Assembly: GCA_000708835.1 (NCBI GenBank)
Contig: DF237357.1
Coordinates: 19,805-83,804, forward strand
Reading direction: 5' to 3'
From: Klebsormidium nitens
Lineage: Eukaryota > Plantae > Klebsormidiophyceae
DNA: 64,000 nucleotides
In this document: positions 1 to 11,052 of the stretch, piece after piece
Position numbering within the stretch: position 1 is the stretch's first letter
Layout: each line of letters begins with the position of its first letter
The notes under the pieces: generated by a model
Told to the model about the DNA's origin: nothing
The model's database searches: none
What the model saw: only the letters and a program-made list of their open reading frames with translations
Translations under genes and position numbers: made by a program

Positions 1-275
1 ATGAGAAGACATCGTCTTAGAAAGAAGGAGTAACTTTGTACATGCACGGCAAAGAACAAACTGCAAGTAGGGAAAGTGCTGATCATTGCAAACATTGCAT
101 CATTCATGACTTCGCCAGACACTAGAAAGAGAACCCCTGCATGATCAGTGTGTGTGAAGCTAGCTTTTGTCAACACCACAAAAGATCTGAACTCGAATGA
201 CGTAACAGGCCTTGAAAACAACTATTCCTCCTTGTACAAGCAAGCGTTCAAGGCTTTTCTAGGACTGAGGCTCAC

Positions 276-2371
276 CCCCTTGGGTCACAATTGTGTTAAG
301 GCTGGAGTCAGTGGCAACCCGGAAGTAGACCAGAGCACGCTGATCAGAGGGCACAGGAGTGACACGTGTCCAGAGGATGACCTGGTTGGGCTGCAGACAT
401 TGAATACAGAGATCGAGTCAGGACTGGTACATCAACCACAACTGGAGTTGAGGAAAATGGTCATTCAGACATGGAAACCTCAGAGCAATCTGATAGTGGA
501 GGGCTAGACTCAACTTCATCAGGCTTTTACAAAGCTCAGAGTCTACTTATGTGTTGTTTCACTGAGTTGGTCAGGACAAATGAGTGAATACAGGGACCTT
601 CATTTGCTTGTTCTCAGTTCTGGAGAAGTGAATCGACCTTCATTTTGATTCATGTCGTCGGATTCATTGTTGTTTAAGATGAAAGGGGAAAGGCCCCAGG
701 CAGAGCAATCTAAGCCTGCCTTTCTCATAAGAATATGACAATTCAGAAGGAGGACTTCTGAATCAAAGTCACCCTTAAGAGCTTACACCCCAAAAACTGG
801 ACAAATACAAGGAGGAACGGACAAGAGGGGACAGGGAGAATGCAGTAAGCAACTTTCATACTGTCCTTCATCTGTCAGGAAGCTGTCAAAGAATGCATAT
901 AACACAAGCACAAAACGGACTCCCCAATCAATCATCTCAAATCCAGACATAACAGATGCGTACTATGCTGCCTCTTTGCAACAGTTAAGGAGCGACAAAC
1001 AAGGCCAACGATCAGGGGTACGATCATAATCAGAAATTGAATGATTGAGTGTGGAAAACACAAGAGGAAGGCGGTTGTTGGGGCGTCTCTCTTACCAAAG
1101 GATCACCACTGGCAACCCCGTACTGGAAGGAGCGGGGAACGGTGAGGTCATCAACAAGGGGGCTGCTGCATAATGTCAACAAGGGGGAGGGGTTCAGAAG
1201 GGTGGGCAAGACCAGTCGATGGAGTGTCTTACCAAGGGCAAAATCACGCAGCTGCTTGATTTAGTACTCTTGTGACCAAGATCAGAAGATTTGTCTGGAA
1301 TCTGTCACAGCGTTAAGGCTGAGGGTTTTGTTGACGTTGGGGTACACGGGGTTGATATGCGAATGTACAAAAGCATTCCTGGAACATAGGACAGCTTCTA
1401 CGACCTGTATTGACAGGACAGGGTCTCAAGTTCTGAACTGGCACCTGCTGTATTTTGCTCTGTTTCAGAACGTGGGCTAAGCAGCTCGATCAACTTGCAT
1501 GCAAGGAATCCAGCATCCTCTTGTTGCTTCACTAACTTCCAGGAAGCTTACATAGATACATGGTCAGCCAGGAGTGAAACATGATACAGCCTCTCTTTTC
1601 TTTGAACGATCAACATGAACTTCTGCTTTTGTATCTTCAGAGCTTCTTCCTTAGTTCCCTCTGAAGTAGCCACGCATTGGCCTTCTGCTTTCAGCTTCAC
1701 TCTGATGCGAGGGCAAGTAATGCCGATGGAGGGAAGGATTAGTGAGTCAAGCTCGTTAGGAACAGCTTTTATAGTTATTATTGCTCATATACAGCCAGGA
1801 ATAAAGGTTAAGAGTAAAACCCCTCAAAGTCAAGTGCTGCTGTTCTTAGTGCCTAGAGAAACCCTCAGAAACATTCAGCTGCCATCACACCAGCAACGAA
1901 ATGTCAAAAGCAACGAGCTTGGGATTTCCAATCCCTGAGCTGAAAGGGTTCAATCCTCAAGGGTTTGTGACCCCTGAAGCAGCTTGCGACCGGCCCCTGC
2001 CCAACGATTGGCTCTTACTTCCAATCAAAATGACTTCAAACTAATAAGCTTCGAGAGAGGTAGCCCTTTCAATGTATCAACCACAAAGCAACGAGTTTGG
2101 ATTCTCCGTGGATCAAGAGGACTTGATAAGCATCACACTCTTTGGCTTGAAAGCAGCACTAGATACTGAGGCGGATTTGATCTTACGTCTGCAGCAGTTT
2201 GCGCCCCACACCTGCCCCAGCAACGGGCTCCTGAACCGCCGCAGCGATGTCTTCAGCAGCATTCACGATGGGCTTCAAGTAGGCCATGTTCTGGACAAGG
2301 TCGATCTCGGATGCCACGGAAGCAGCGCACACAAGGGCCACAAGGGCCGCCAAAGCGGTGCGGGCCGCCAT
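276..2371 (-). CDS. phoD: Secreted PhoD-family alkaline phosphatase, 5' portion (gene continues beyond the window start)
   Basis: Exon 2371-2187 encodes a signal peptide (MAARTALAALVALVCAASVA) and ends RKLLQT before a GTAAG donor. The exon ending at 1096 encodes SFQYGVASGDPL followed by GTAAG. Exon 390-276 encodes PNQVILWTRVTPVPSDQRALVYFRVATDSSLNTIVTQG. GVASGDP...VILWTR is the PhoD N-terminal signature. The junctions between exon 1 and the GVASGDP exon (about 1380-1165) could not be resolved unambiguously. Confidence 0.85.
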
Positions 2372-3605
2372 TGGCTCAGCTGGGGAAGAGCACCACAGCT
2401 GATCACCAGCTGAAGGGAAAATGCAGAAAGCTACCTTAAAGAGTGGGCCATCTATTCGTGCACTTTATACCCTTCCTACCAGCTGCGCAATCCCAGCTGC
2501 AGACCTCATGACTTTAGAAGCTCGCCAATCTTGCTGTACCTACTGGTGTTAGTCCTGCCTACTTTGGATGGCGTACTTATGTCTACTCAGGTGTACCGTG
2601 AATGTGATCCTGAACCAACTTTCAAGGTCCACCAAGCTAACTTATCTGAGTGACCAATCCTAGCTCAGATTCCACGAAAGGATTCCATCCGTCTTGAAGT
2701 CCGAGGCACGAAAGCTTTGTCCCGCTTCAGCCTTCGAAGACCAATGCGAAGGAGAGGGATTCGGCATCGAATGATGCGCAAAATTACGCTAAGATTCAGA
2801 CGGACGGAGTCATCCTCATCATGACTCGTGAATCATGATGCATGCATGAGCACTCCAAGCAGCCAGCGGGCCGGCATTGCTGGGCCGGGCGCCAGCTGTC
2901 AATTTGGATCAGTCCAGCTGCCAATACCGCACCAGGACTAGAAGAGGTCCGCAGGTAAGATCAGCAATGCGGATCTGAATTCAGCGAATCGAGCATCATT
3001 CATAGACTCAGCTGGAGGCCGGCCCAAGCCTAACATATTGTCAAGCCCCCCGGTGCCCAATGCAAGCCGCCCAAATCTAAACCTAGCTCTAGACGCTAGT
3101 GTGGATCTGCATGGATTGGTCTAAAGTAACAGGGGTATTAGGGCTCTTTTATAAACATCAGGACGGGTAGATTTATTCAGGTGCACGAATGCGAAGCAGG
3201 TAAAATGTTTTCCTTCGCCTCATCAAGTAAGCTAAAGATCTGCATTGATTGGGCCCGGGGACACAATGTAAGCGCTGTCAGCTCGCCTGCAGTAAATGCT
3301 GATGTGCTGCGGGCAAGGACGGAGCTGCAAGATGCAATTGCTAGGCATATGGAGTCGGGGGCCTGGACTAGGGAAACCGGGGTAGGTAGCTGCCTATGCC
3401 TCTTCTACGCCTACCGAACTGCCACTGGTGCAAGGCAGGCCGGCATAGATTCTTTCGATGTTCACATCCTCCGGGCGGCTCCGAAGCAGGTCGAGCTCGG
3501 ACACCCGGGGGGCCGGAAGGCGAGTACCTACCCGCTGCCTGGGCTGAGCTCAGCTAGCAAACCTCACCGCATAGGATCGACCACAGCGCAAGCGAAGTGA
3601 CTTCC

Positions 3606-3794
3606 ATGACTCTCAAGAAAGATAATAGTAAGCCAAGATAATAGTAAGCTCCGACTAACACTAAAAAACCCTAACCATAATTGAAACACCCGCTCCGCAC
3701 CCGTACCCACCCTAACCACCATACTAACCCTACCCGTCACAGTACGGTTACCTTACTATTATCTGGGCTTACTATTATTTTTCTTGAGTTTCAT
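3606..3794. mobile_element. MITE-like non-autonomous DNA transposon with about 43-bp terminal inverted repeats and a 9-bp target-site duplication (Mutator-like)
   Basis: The left end ATGACTCTCAAGAAAGATAATAGTAAGCCAAGATAATAGTAAG matches the reverse complement of the right end ATGAAACTCAAGAAAAATAATAGTAAGCCCAGATAATAGTAAG. GTGACTTCC flanks both sides (3597-3605 and 3795-3803). There is no ORF, and the core has CCCTAA-like hexamers. Confidence 0.8.
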
Positions 3795-3895
3795 GTGACT
3801 TCCCATGGGGGGAGTTGTGAAACTCGATCGAGTAAGATGATCCCCCTGTTCTCCGTTCTCCTTTGGACTGTCGAGATTCCCCGGGACGGCATCGC

Positions 3896-3903
3896 GAATA
3901 TTC
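3896..3903. promoter_or_regulatory. P1BS-like (GNATATNC) element
   Basis: GAATATTC inside the perfect palindrome GCGAATATTCGC (3894-3905), between two divergent phosphatase genes. A single match is not statistically unusual on its own. Confidence 0.3.
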
Positions 3904-4177
3904 GCATTCCCGGCAGCTTTCCCGTCACTTAGAATCTGCCCACGTCATGGAGCGTCATGCTGTCCTCTCATAGGCTGCCACGTGATATGCAGGGGCCAAG
4001 ATTCCCTGAGATGTCGACATACCTTCCATGTGAACAAGGATAAATCATAAACCCTGGTGGCCTAGGCAGCATCGCGAATCATCAAAGCAAGGCTGAGCGC
4101 ACACTGCGCGCATCGCGAGCAAGCATCTGGTAAGCGAGCTACCCGTAGTAGTCCTATGTAAGTACGGTAGGTACTTC

Positions 4178-4185
4178 TATAAATA
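4178..4185 (+). promoter_or_regulatory. Candidate TATA box of the metallophosphoesterase gene
   Basis: TATAAATA upstream of a likely 5' UTR exon ending at CAAG|GTGAG (4579). A CAG acceptor at 4985 lies just before the ATG at 4996. Confidence 0.35.
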
Positions 4186-4995
4186 CCAGGCTCGGTACTG
4201 TCTTCAGGGTTGGGCAAACGACCGTAATGGAGGTTTCTCACCTGCTCAATGGCACACAAGCAGGCACATCAATCCTGCAGGGTCTTACCTCCGACTCTTA
4301 CATATGCATACAGTACCGGTATACTCCAGGTCCACCCTCCAGCCTGCTAAGATTGGTCTACCGGTTGATGTCTTGCTCGAAAAACCTCAAGTGCTACGTT
4401 TGCTGAGCTCTCGTGTAAGAATTCAGCAACCAAACAAGTCTCTTGAATCTTCTCTATCCAAACGCATGCTGCTCAGTGCGACGTAGTAGTAGTGGCGGAA
4501 GGGCAACAATTGGCAAGCTAGGACGGCTAGGCAGCACCACTCTATCAATCGGAGCAGATTGTAGCTAGCTTACCTCAAGGTGAGAATTGTTTTGTTGAGG
4601 CTGTCTGTGTGTGTTTTGAGCAAGCTGCTGGTGCCTTCGGCAATTCTGATTTCTGAAGTCTTCTTTTTTGATTTGATGCAACACGCGCACATTAGAATCT
4701 GGCTCATGTAATCAAATTATCGAAGCGATTGACAATGTCCAATGAGACGGAACCCCTGCAACCAAAGTCACCTTATCTTAAAGGAAGCGTCAGCATGGGA
4801 AAAGCTTTTTGAGTCTGACATGGTAGTCTTTTGGCAGCCTAGCAATGAGACGTGTCCTTCCGTTTTTTTGTGTCTTGAACATGTCCGAGGCAAGTTGAGA
4901 TCCTACCAGATTGGTTTAGAGCAACTCTTGGGGTTGGCCTTGTGCTGCAATCTTGAGATAAGACTCGTGCAACATGTTCACGCAGATTCGGCGCA

Positions 4996-7900
4996 ATGGC
5001 TGTCACAATGAAGACTCTTGTCCTTCTGGCGGGGGTCTTGGCCGTCAGCATCGGTTTCGCAGGTAAGTCAGCTCAGCGAACTAAGCATTTAGCATCTATG
5101 CAGACTCCTTTGCTACGGTTCCACTAGAGCAGCTCAAACAAACCTTGTCAATCTGCGCAGCGAGCTGATCCTGATTGTTTGTGTCCAACATCATGCAACG
5201 TTTTTCTTTGACTAGCTTACCAGATGTTGAGATTCAACAGAGTGTATAACCTTCAGTCTGGGAACAATCACGCTCTCAACACCACTGAGGTCCCAGGTTT
5301 TCCTCCTCCTCCTCATTGTTAAAGGTTATCGATGGATACTCTGTAGGATCAAGATGTCCATGGATGTTGTGCGTGGTCGTCAGCTCTCATAAGTACAGTC
5401 AGCTTCGAGAATGACCATGAGAATGCATCCAATTTTACAGGCGCACAAGGCCCTGCGTCAGCCCCAACCACAACCCGGTCCTCCAGCAACTCGTCCGCTT
5501 TGACGCCCGAGGAACAAGCGTACTTGCCGTACACCGATCCCCGCCTGGCCTTTTCTGCAAACAAGACCAGCTTCAAGATCCTCCAGGTGAATGCAACAGA
5601 TATTACCAGACAATTTCAAGCACAACACTGAAAGATCCCAAGAGGAAAAGCTTGCCTCAGCTTGGATAGATAAATCATCGACAATGTTTTGTCAAGCAAA
5701 TCAGGATTAGTCTGGGAAAGAAGGTGAAGGGCATCAACAGTGACCTGTGGGAACCTTGCTGAGGTTATACTCTCATCTCAACTGCAATGAGCTCGACATG
5801 TGTTGAACAGGTTGAAACGGAGTACAGTGGCAGTATAGGCAAGACGAGATTGGAAAGAGACTTCTAGAACCACCTCTCTGAGTCATGATCATGACACAGA
5901 TTCCCAAGAGCGTCATATGAGCAAACTGCCTTTCTCTCTGATAGCTTAGGTAAGTAATGCCAATTGGCATCTCGCTTCCTTCGGGTCAAGGAGCTAATGG
6001 CTCAACCTGGGAATACTCTACACATTGCTGAGCCAGCAGCTCACACACGAGTAGTAAAGGCAGTGCCACACTCATCTCATAGACCACATCCCCTGCCAAA
6101 CAGTTCTCGCTGATTCTAGCTCCAGCTTTGGGAGTCAATAAAGAGAGGGCCAAACAAGTTCTGCTTCATTCTGCAGATATGACAGTGTACGGTACTTGGG
6201 GGATGCTTTGAGCTGATAAAAAAGATTGTTTTGAGTACAGCAGGCCAGGACTGTCACACATGATAGCTAGAACCCTGTTCGCTTTTACACATCCAAGTTT
6301 CCTGTCATCCTTACGGCTGCCAGGACTCTAACTTATTGGCTGCTGTGCATACCTGGATCAGGTTTTGACTGCTTTCTCAGGTCATTGAAACAACATCTTT
6401 CCATCTCCTCAAAGACTGGCCACATGTTACTGCTATGCTGTACGCACTTAACAACTCAAGCGCCGTGCCAAGAACTTTACTTTCCCAGGCTGCCAGTAAA
6501 TCCCATGAGGCATTCCAGGAGGCTGATTAGAGATTGGCGCTTCTCGCCGCCTGGACCCTCTCTAACTTGAGTCCGAACTTCGCATCCCAGACATTGGGGG
6601 CCTTTCACACGCTTTGCATCTCGTACTGCTCTGCAGGTAGTTGTGATGACTTCGACAATGGCACCCCAGTGCCTGGATTCACTCCCGTCCAGCATGCAAC
6701 TTTTGAGCGTCCAATCTCGTATCTGGCGATTCCATCGCTTATGTGCTTCTGCAGGTGGCTGATATGCACTACGGCAACGGCACTTCCCGGTGCCTGAACC
6801 TTCTGCCTGAGTGGGCCGCTGCCGGCAGCTGCAGTGACGTCAACACCACCGACTTCCTGGGCGTCCTCCTTGACCAGTCAGTACAGGAAGCTCATATGCA
6901 AATAGTAATTGAATCACAGTCTCCTTTTGGAGACTGTGCATTGAAGGCTGCAAAAGCCTTTGAGAGTAAAGAGCCTTCATAATCTGCAAGAAGCATCTTA
7001 CGATACTCGGAATGGGAGGTAGATCATAGTAACCAAAGACCACCAAGTCCACCAGCAGATGATTGAGAAACCAGTCTTCGATCAGATGAGGTCCTCAGAT
7101 GGAAAAAGAGATTTCGTATGGAAACCTGAGTCGCCAATCAAGATGAGGCCCTCGGATGACAAGAAAAGGTTTCGTTTCTGCGGGATCTCAGACCAACTTG
7201 TTGCATTGTTGCAACATTGTGAGAATGCCCTAACCTCTGACCTTCAACTCGAGCACTTAGGCGTAATTGCTCTCCTCAATTCACCTCATGAGAGAACATC
7301 TCGCACAACAGGTGGTGTTCCTTAATTATCACCTGAAAGGCAAGCTTAGAAAGCACGTTCCAGAGGTGCTGGCGCAATAGTCTCTCACCTTAGCCCTAGC
7401 ACATTCTGACTCCTTGACGTATGTCTCAGGGAGAAGCCCGATCTGGTGGTCTTCACTGGGGACAACATCATGGCTCCTGACGTCAACGACCACGCCGTCA
7501 GCCAGCGCGCATGGAGGAAGCCGGTACGACTTGACGAATTAAAGTTAACAACTTCAAGAATCTCTGTTTGCACTTGTCGTAGTAAGCTATGACTGACTCT
7601 GCAACTATTTGTTGTGAACCCAAATGTAGCCCGGCATCGTTACATCATCATCAGCTGCTTCCGGAAAGACAGCCATCTCTGCCGCCAGATTTTCGTGCTT
7701 GCAATCCGGGTTAACTCATGTATCTGAGATTCGCATGCTCTCATCATTTATGCAGAACCGAACATGGAAGGGCTGAGTCAGGGCTCGTAGTAAGATACAA
7801 CCGTGTCCAAATGGACAGTCGAAGTCAAACAGGTTCAATTCTTTTGCTCTCGATGCAACAGGTTGAGGCGCGCAACATTCCTTTCATGACCATCTTCGGC

Positions 7901-10900
7901 AACCACGACGACGAGGTGGCAAAGGCGACCAACGCGACCGTGACACGTGAAACACTTATGACCGTCGATATGGAGAGCCCGATGAGCCTCTCCAAGCCGG
8001 GGCCGAAGGTGAGGGCTGATGATTTACATGATTGATCCAAAGGCTTGGACCTGCCGTAACCTTGGCCTTGAATCTTGAGCATGGGGGCTTGGTTTCAATG
8101 ATGGTTCGAGCTTTCCTTTCGTAAGGGTTTTGGGCGTAAGTGTGTGGTGAAGCCGGCCCTACAGCTCGTGATAGCATGGAACTGGGAATACTAGGCAAAT
8201 TGAACGGAATCCGGGCGGACTGGGCACAGGTACTCAAGAAGTTACTGGACCATTGAAGGCTTTAGAAACATCGTCAGCTAGCTCTTAAATGGGTGGCCTA
8301 GAGACGTGCTAAAGCTTGGGGTCTGTGGTCCTCTGCCTCGTAGCATAGGCGTCGAGGATCCGTGGTGATTGATTCGGCTTGGTGGAGTTTGAGCCAGTAC
8401 AATTGCTCGCTGGTGGCAGATTTGTCAACCTTGGAAGACAGGGTCAGCAAATCTACCGTTAATTGTCGTCAAGGAGGCAGATCTGATCGCTTGAAGATTG
8501 GATTGTGCTGTATTAAGCATTCAGCGCATCCTTTCCCGCGGCTTTAGATTTAGTTGAGATTCCGCCCTCTTTCCAAACTCGTCTCCTAGAGGAAGTTTGA
8601 ACGATGTCTCCAGATTCGCATACAGCAGATGTTCTGAGTCGGACCCGCGATTTGATTTAATCGACACAGAAGGCATAGACCGGACTAATTCTGACTAGCG
8701 ACTTCCTTCTGTGACTCGACAGGGCCTCTTCGGAACCGGTACCTATGCTTACGCCATCAATGACGCCAGCGGCAAGCCCAAGTTCGTCCTGTACCTGCTG
8801 GACAGCGGCAGCTATGACGTCACCGGACGTCTGAAGGGCAGCTACGGCTGGATCCATGCCAACCAGATCACGTGGTACAACCAGACGTCACGTGCCGTTG
8901 AGAAGCAGGTAAGATCCGCTTCGACTTGGACAATCGCCATTTTGCTTAGGTTACGCCCTCAATAGCCGTCTGTGAAGCTGCCATTTCGGCGAAGTATCAT
9001 AATCAAAACTTCTTTCAAAGATGCACCCGTCTCGACATTGTTATGCGCGGCTTTAATCCCAGTGTACTGGAAGTTGTGCGACGGCACATTTTGCCCAATG
9101 CAATATGAGCTTTGACGAGCTTAGGAGCACTCCTATGAGTTAACGCACTGAGTAATTGCACTCGTTCCGGAGTCGTTCACTTTGGTTGATTCCATTTCGG
9201 CATCCAGTCGGTTGTCGCTTTCTTCAGAAGCCGTTTTGGTCGTCCCTGCTTCAACTAACCAGCTGGAACCCATAGACAGAAGATGCGTCTTTTGCCTGAC
9301 AACTCACTTGCGCCGTAACGCTTATGCAGAACGGCGGCCAGAACGTCACCGCCGTCGGCTTCTACCACATCCCCATCCCCGAGTACGAGAACGCCTTCAC
9401 CTGCGCTTGCACTGCCGTCAGCAACGGTCAGCCCAGCAGGACCTCTTTCGCCGACTTCGGAAACGGAACCACGCTCGCCGGAACGGGGCTCAAGACCCAG
9501 ACCGGTTGCACTAACCAAGTAAGGAGTCATCCTTGAGCAACAAGGCTTTTTCGTTTAGGGGGTTCCCCTTGGGTTCAACTTTTGTGGGTTAAAACACTTA
9601 ATTCAAGTCACCAAGGGTCCAACCAGCATGACGTCTTTTGCCGATTTTGGAAACGGCACCACGCTTGCCGGACCGGAGCTTAGCTGCATACCTTAGATCT
9701 CAGACTGGTGGCGCTAACCACGTAAGCAATCATCCTACAAAGCCCGCGCCAGTCCCCCCTTTCAATTTCCGTTCCCTTCGCGTCAATCGAAGCCCGCCAA
9801 ATTCAGGCTTATCACTTTGACACTTCTCTACGAACCTCCTACGTCGTCGTTTGGCAGAGATGACGTCTAAATCTCCTGCTGCAACTCTGTTTTCTTGCCA
9901 ACGACAAACTTATCATATGAGAACGACCCGTCTCAATGTCTCAAGGCCCGTTCGTTTGACATTATTTCCCAGGCCTGCTACGGCATCAAGCAGGAGGGCG
10001 TCTACAGTGCCAGCGTCCACTCCCCGTCCTCTTAGCGCCGGTAAAACTGTGTCAATAAAAATTTATGCCGCTGACGCTTGTCCTTTTGACACTGTTTCCC
10101 AGACCTGCTATGGCGTCAAGCAGGAGGGCGTCTACAATGCCAGCGTCAACTCCGGTCTGTGGACACCTTAACCATAATCCTTCTTAACTCCGGTTCGCTT
10201 GACACTTTTTTGCAGACCTGCTATGGCGTCAAGCAGGAGGGCGTGTACAGTGCCAGCGTCAACTCCGGTCTGCTGGCCGCCATCGTTGAGCGCGGTGACA
10301 TCAAGATGATGAACGTGGGTCACGACCACGTCAACGACTACTGCGCCTCGTTCCAGGGCGTGCAGTTCTGCTATGCCGGCGGGTTTGGATACCATGCGTA
10401 CAACACGGAAGGTGAGCGGAACGAACGGAACTGGAAGAACGCCGTTGCTGCAGCGGAGGAACGCTTGTTCCGCGCGTTCCTCGCTTTTGCCTTTGCGAAT
10501 TTTGTCTCTCCGTTTACTTTCTCGCCCCGCATACCATTACACTAGCAATTTCTAAGTGGAGGTTCGTAAGGGCTCAAGCTTTGTGTGTGTATCTGTCCCC
10601 ACCTCAAGGTTCTGCAGAAGTCCAAGCACAGCGAAGCTTATAGCCTTGCCTGTTAACCTTGCGGCCTCTGTGTGGCCCTTTTGTCCGTACTAGTTCAATG
10701 ATAAGAGACGGAGAGCCCATGATGCTGAATCGTTCAGAAACGCTTCATAATCAGTTATTCTGGGCTCTTAAGTTGACTCAATGCTTAAGGGCCAGACAAT
10801 CCAACTCAGTCAGGATTTCTTTGGTAGAAGGCGCTCTGGCTAGCAGCTGCTAAGTGGGCTAGGTTGGCAGATTGTGTGCAGGTTTCCGCAGCAAAATTGG

Positions 10901-11052
10901 TCTTCTTTCTCGCAGGCTTCCCCCGGCGCGCACGTGTGATCACCCTGTCGGCCAACGGCACTATCTCCACATACAAGGCCCTCGATGCGTTTGCCACGCC
11001 GCCTTACGCTACCCAGGACTTCCAGCAGATCTACCCGTCCCCGTCCGTCTAA
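4996..11052 (+). CDS. Secreted calcineurin-like metallophosphoesterase, Dcr2 / plant PAP14-16-28-29 type (about 427 aa)
   Basis: Phase-consistent exons 4996-5062, 5441-5586, 6755-6876, 7430-7523, 7862-8008, 8723-8908, 9330-9518, 10216-10411, 10916-11052. Signal peptide MAVTMKTLVLLAGVLAVSIGFA. Motifs FKILQVADMHYG, EKPDLVVFTGDN, IFGNHDDE, YLLDSG, YGWIHANQITW, FYHIPIPEY, GVKQEGV, VGHDHVNDYC, CYAGGFGYHAY. Confidence 0.92.
9431..9727 (+). repeat. Diverged tandem copy of the end of coding exon 7 plus its donor site, inside the following intron
   Basis: 9619-9727 (CCAACCAGCATGACGTCTTTTGCCGATTTTGGAAACGGCACCACGCTTGCCGGA...GCTAACCAC|GTAAG) parallels the real exon end ...ACTAACCAA|GTAAG. Donors are at 9519 and 9722. 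Confidence 0.9.
9940..10290 (+). repeat. Three tandem copies of acceptor site plus start of exon 8
   Basis: TTGACA-pyrimidine tract-CAG|(A/G)CCTGCTA(C/T)GGC(A/G)TCAAGCAGGAGGGCGT(C/G)TACA(G/A)TGCCAGCGTC, with exon-like starts at 9973, 10103 and 10216. Only the third continues into the rest of the exon. Confidence 0.93.

Noticed and set aside
1-1300. First impression of a degenerate Ty1/copia fragment on the minus strand
   Set aside because: The motif-like pieces resolve into spliced PhoD exons (GVASGDP, VILWTR) with canonical splice sites. No RT, integrase or LTR signature holds up.
3660-3740. Telomere or chromosome-end signal from CCCTAA-like hexamers (also 26840-26910)
   Set aside because: Short, degenerate and enclosed within MITE-like inverted repeats; not a telomeric tract.
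8657-9530. Minus-strand ORFs 8657-8857 and 9255-9530
   Set aside because: Antisense shadows of GC3-rich phosphoesterase exons.
9940-10290. Assembly artefact as the explanation for junction echoes
   Set aside because: The copies differ by many substitutions and indels and some have lost splice sites, unlike mis-assembled identical sequence. Long reads would settle it.
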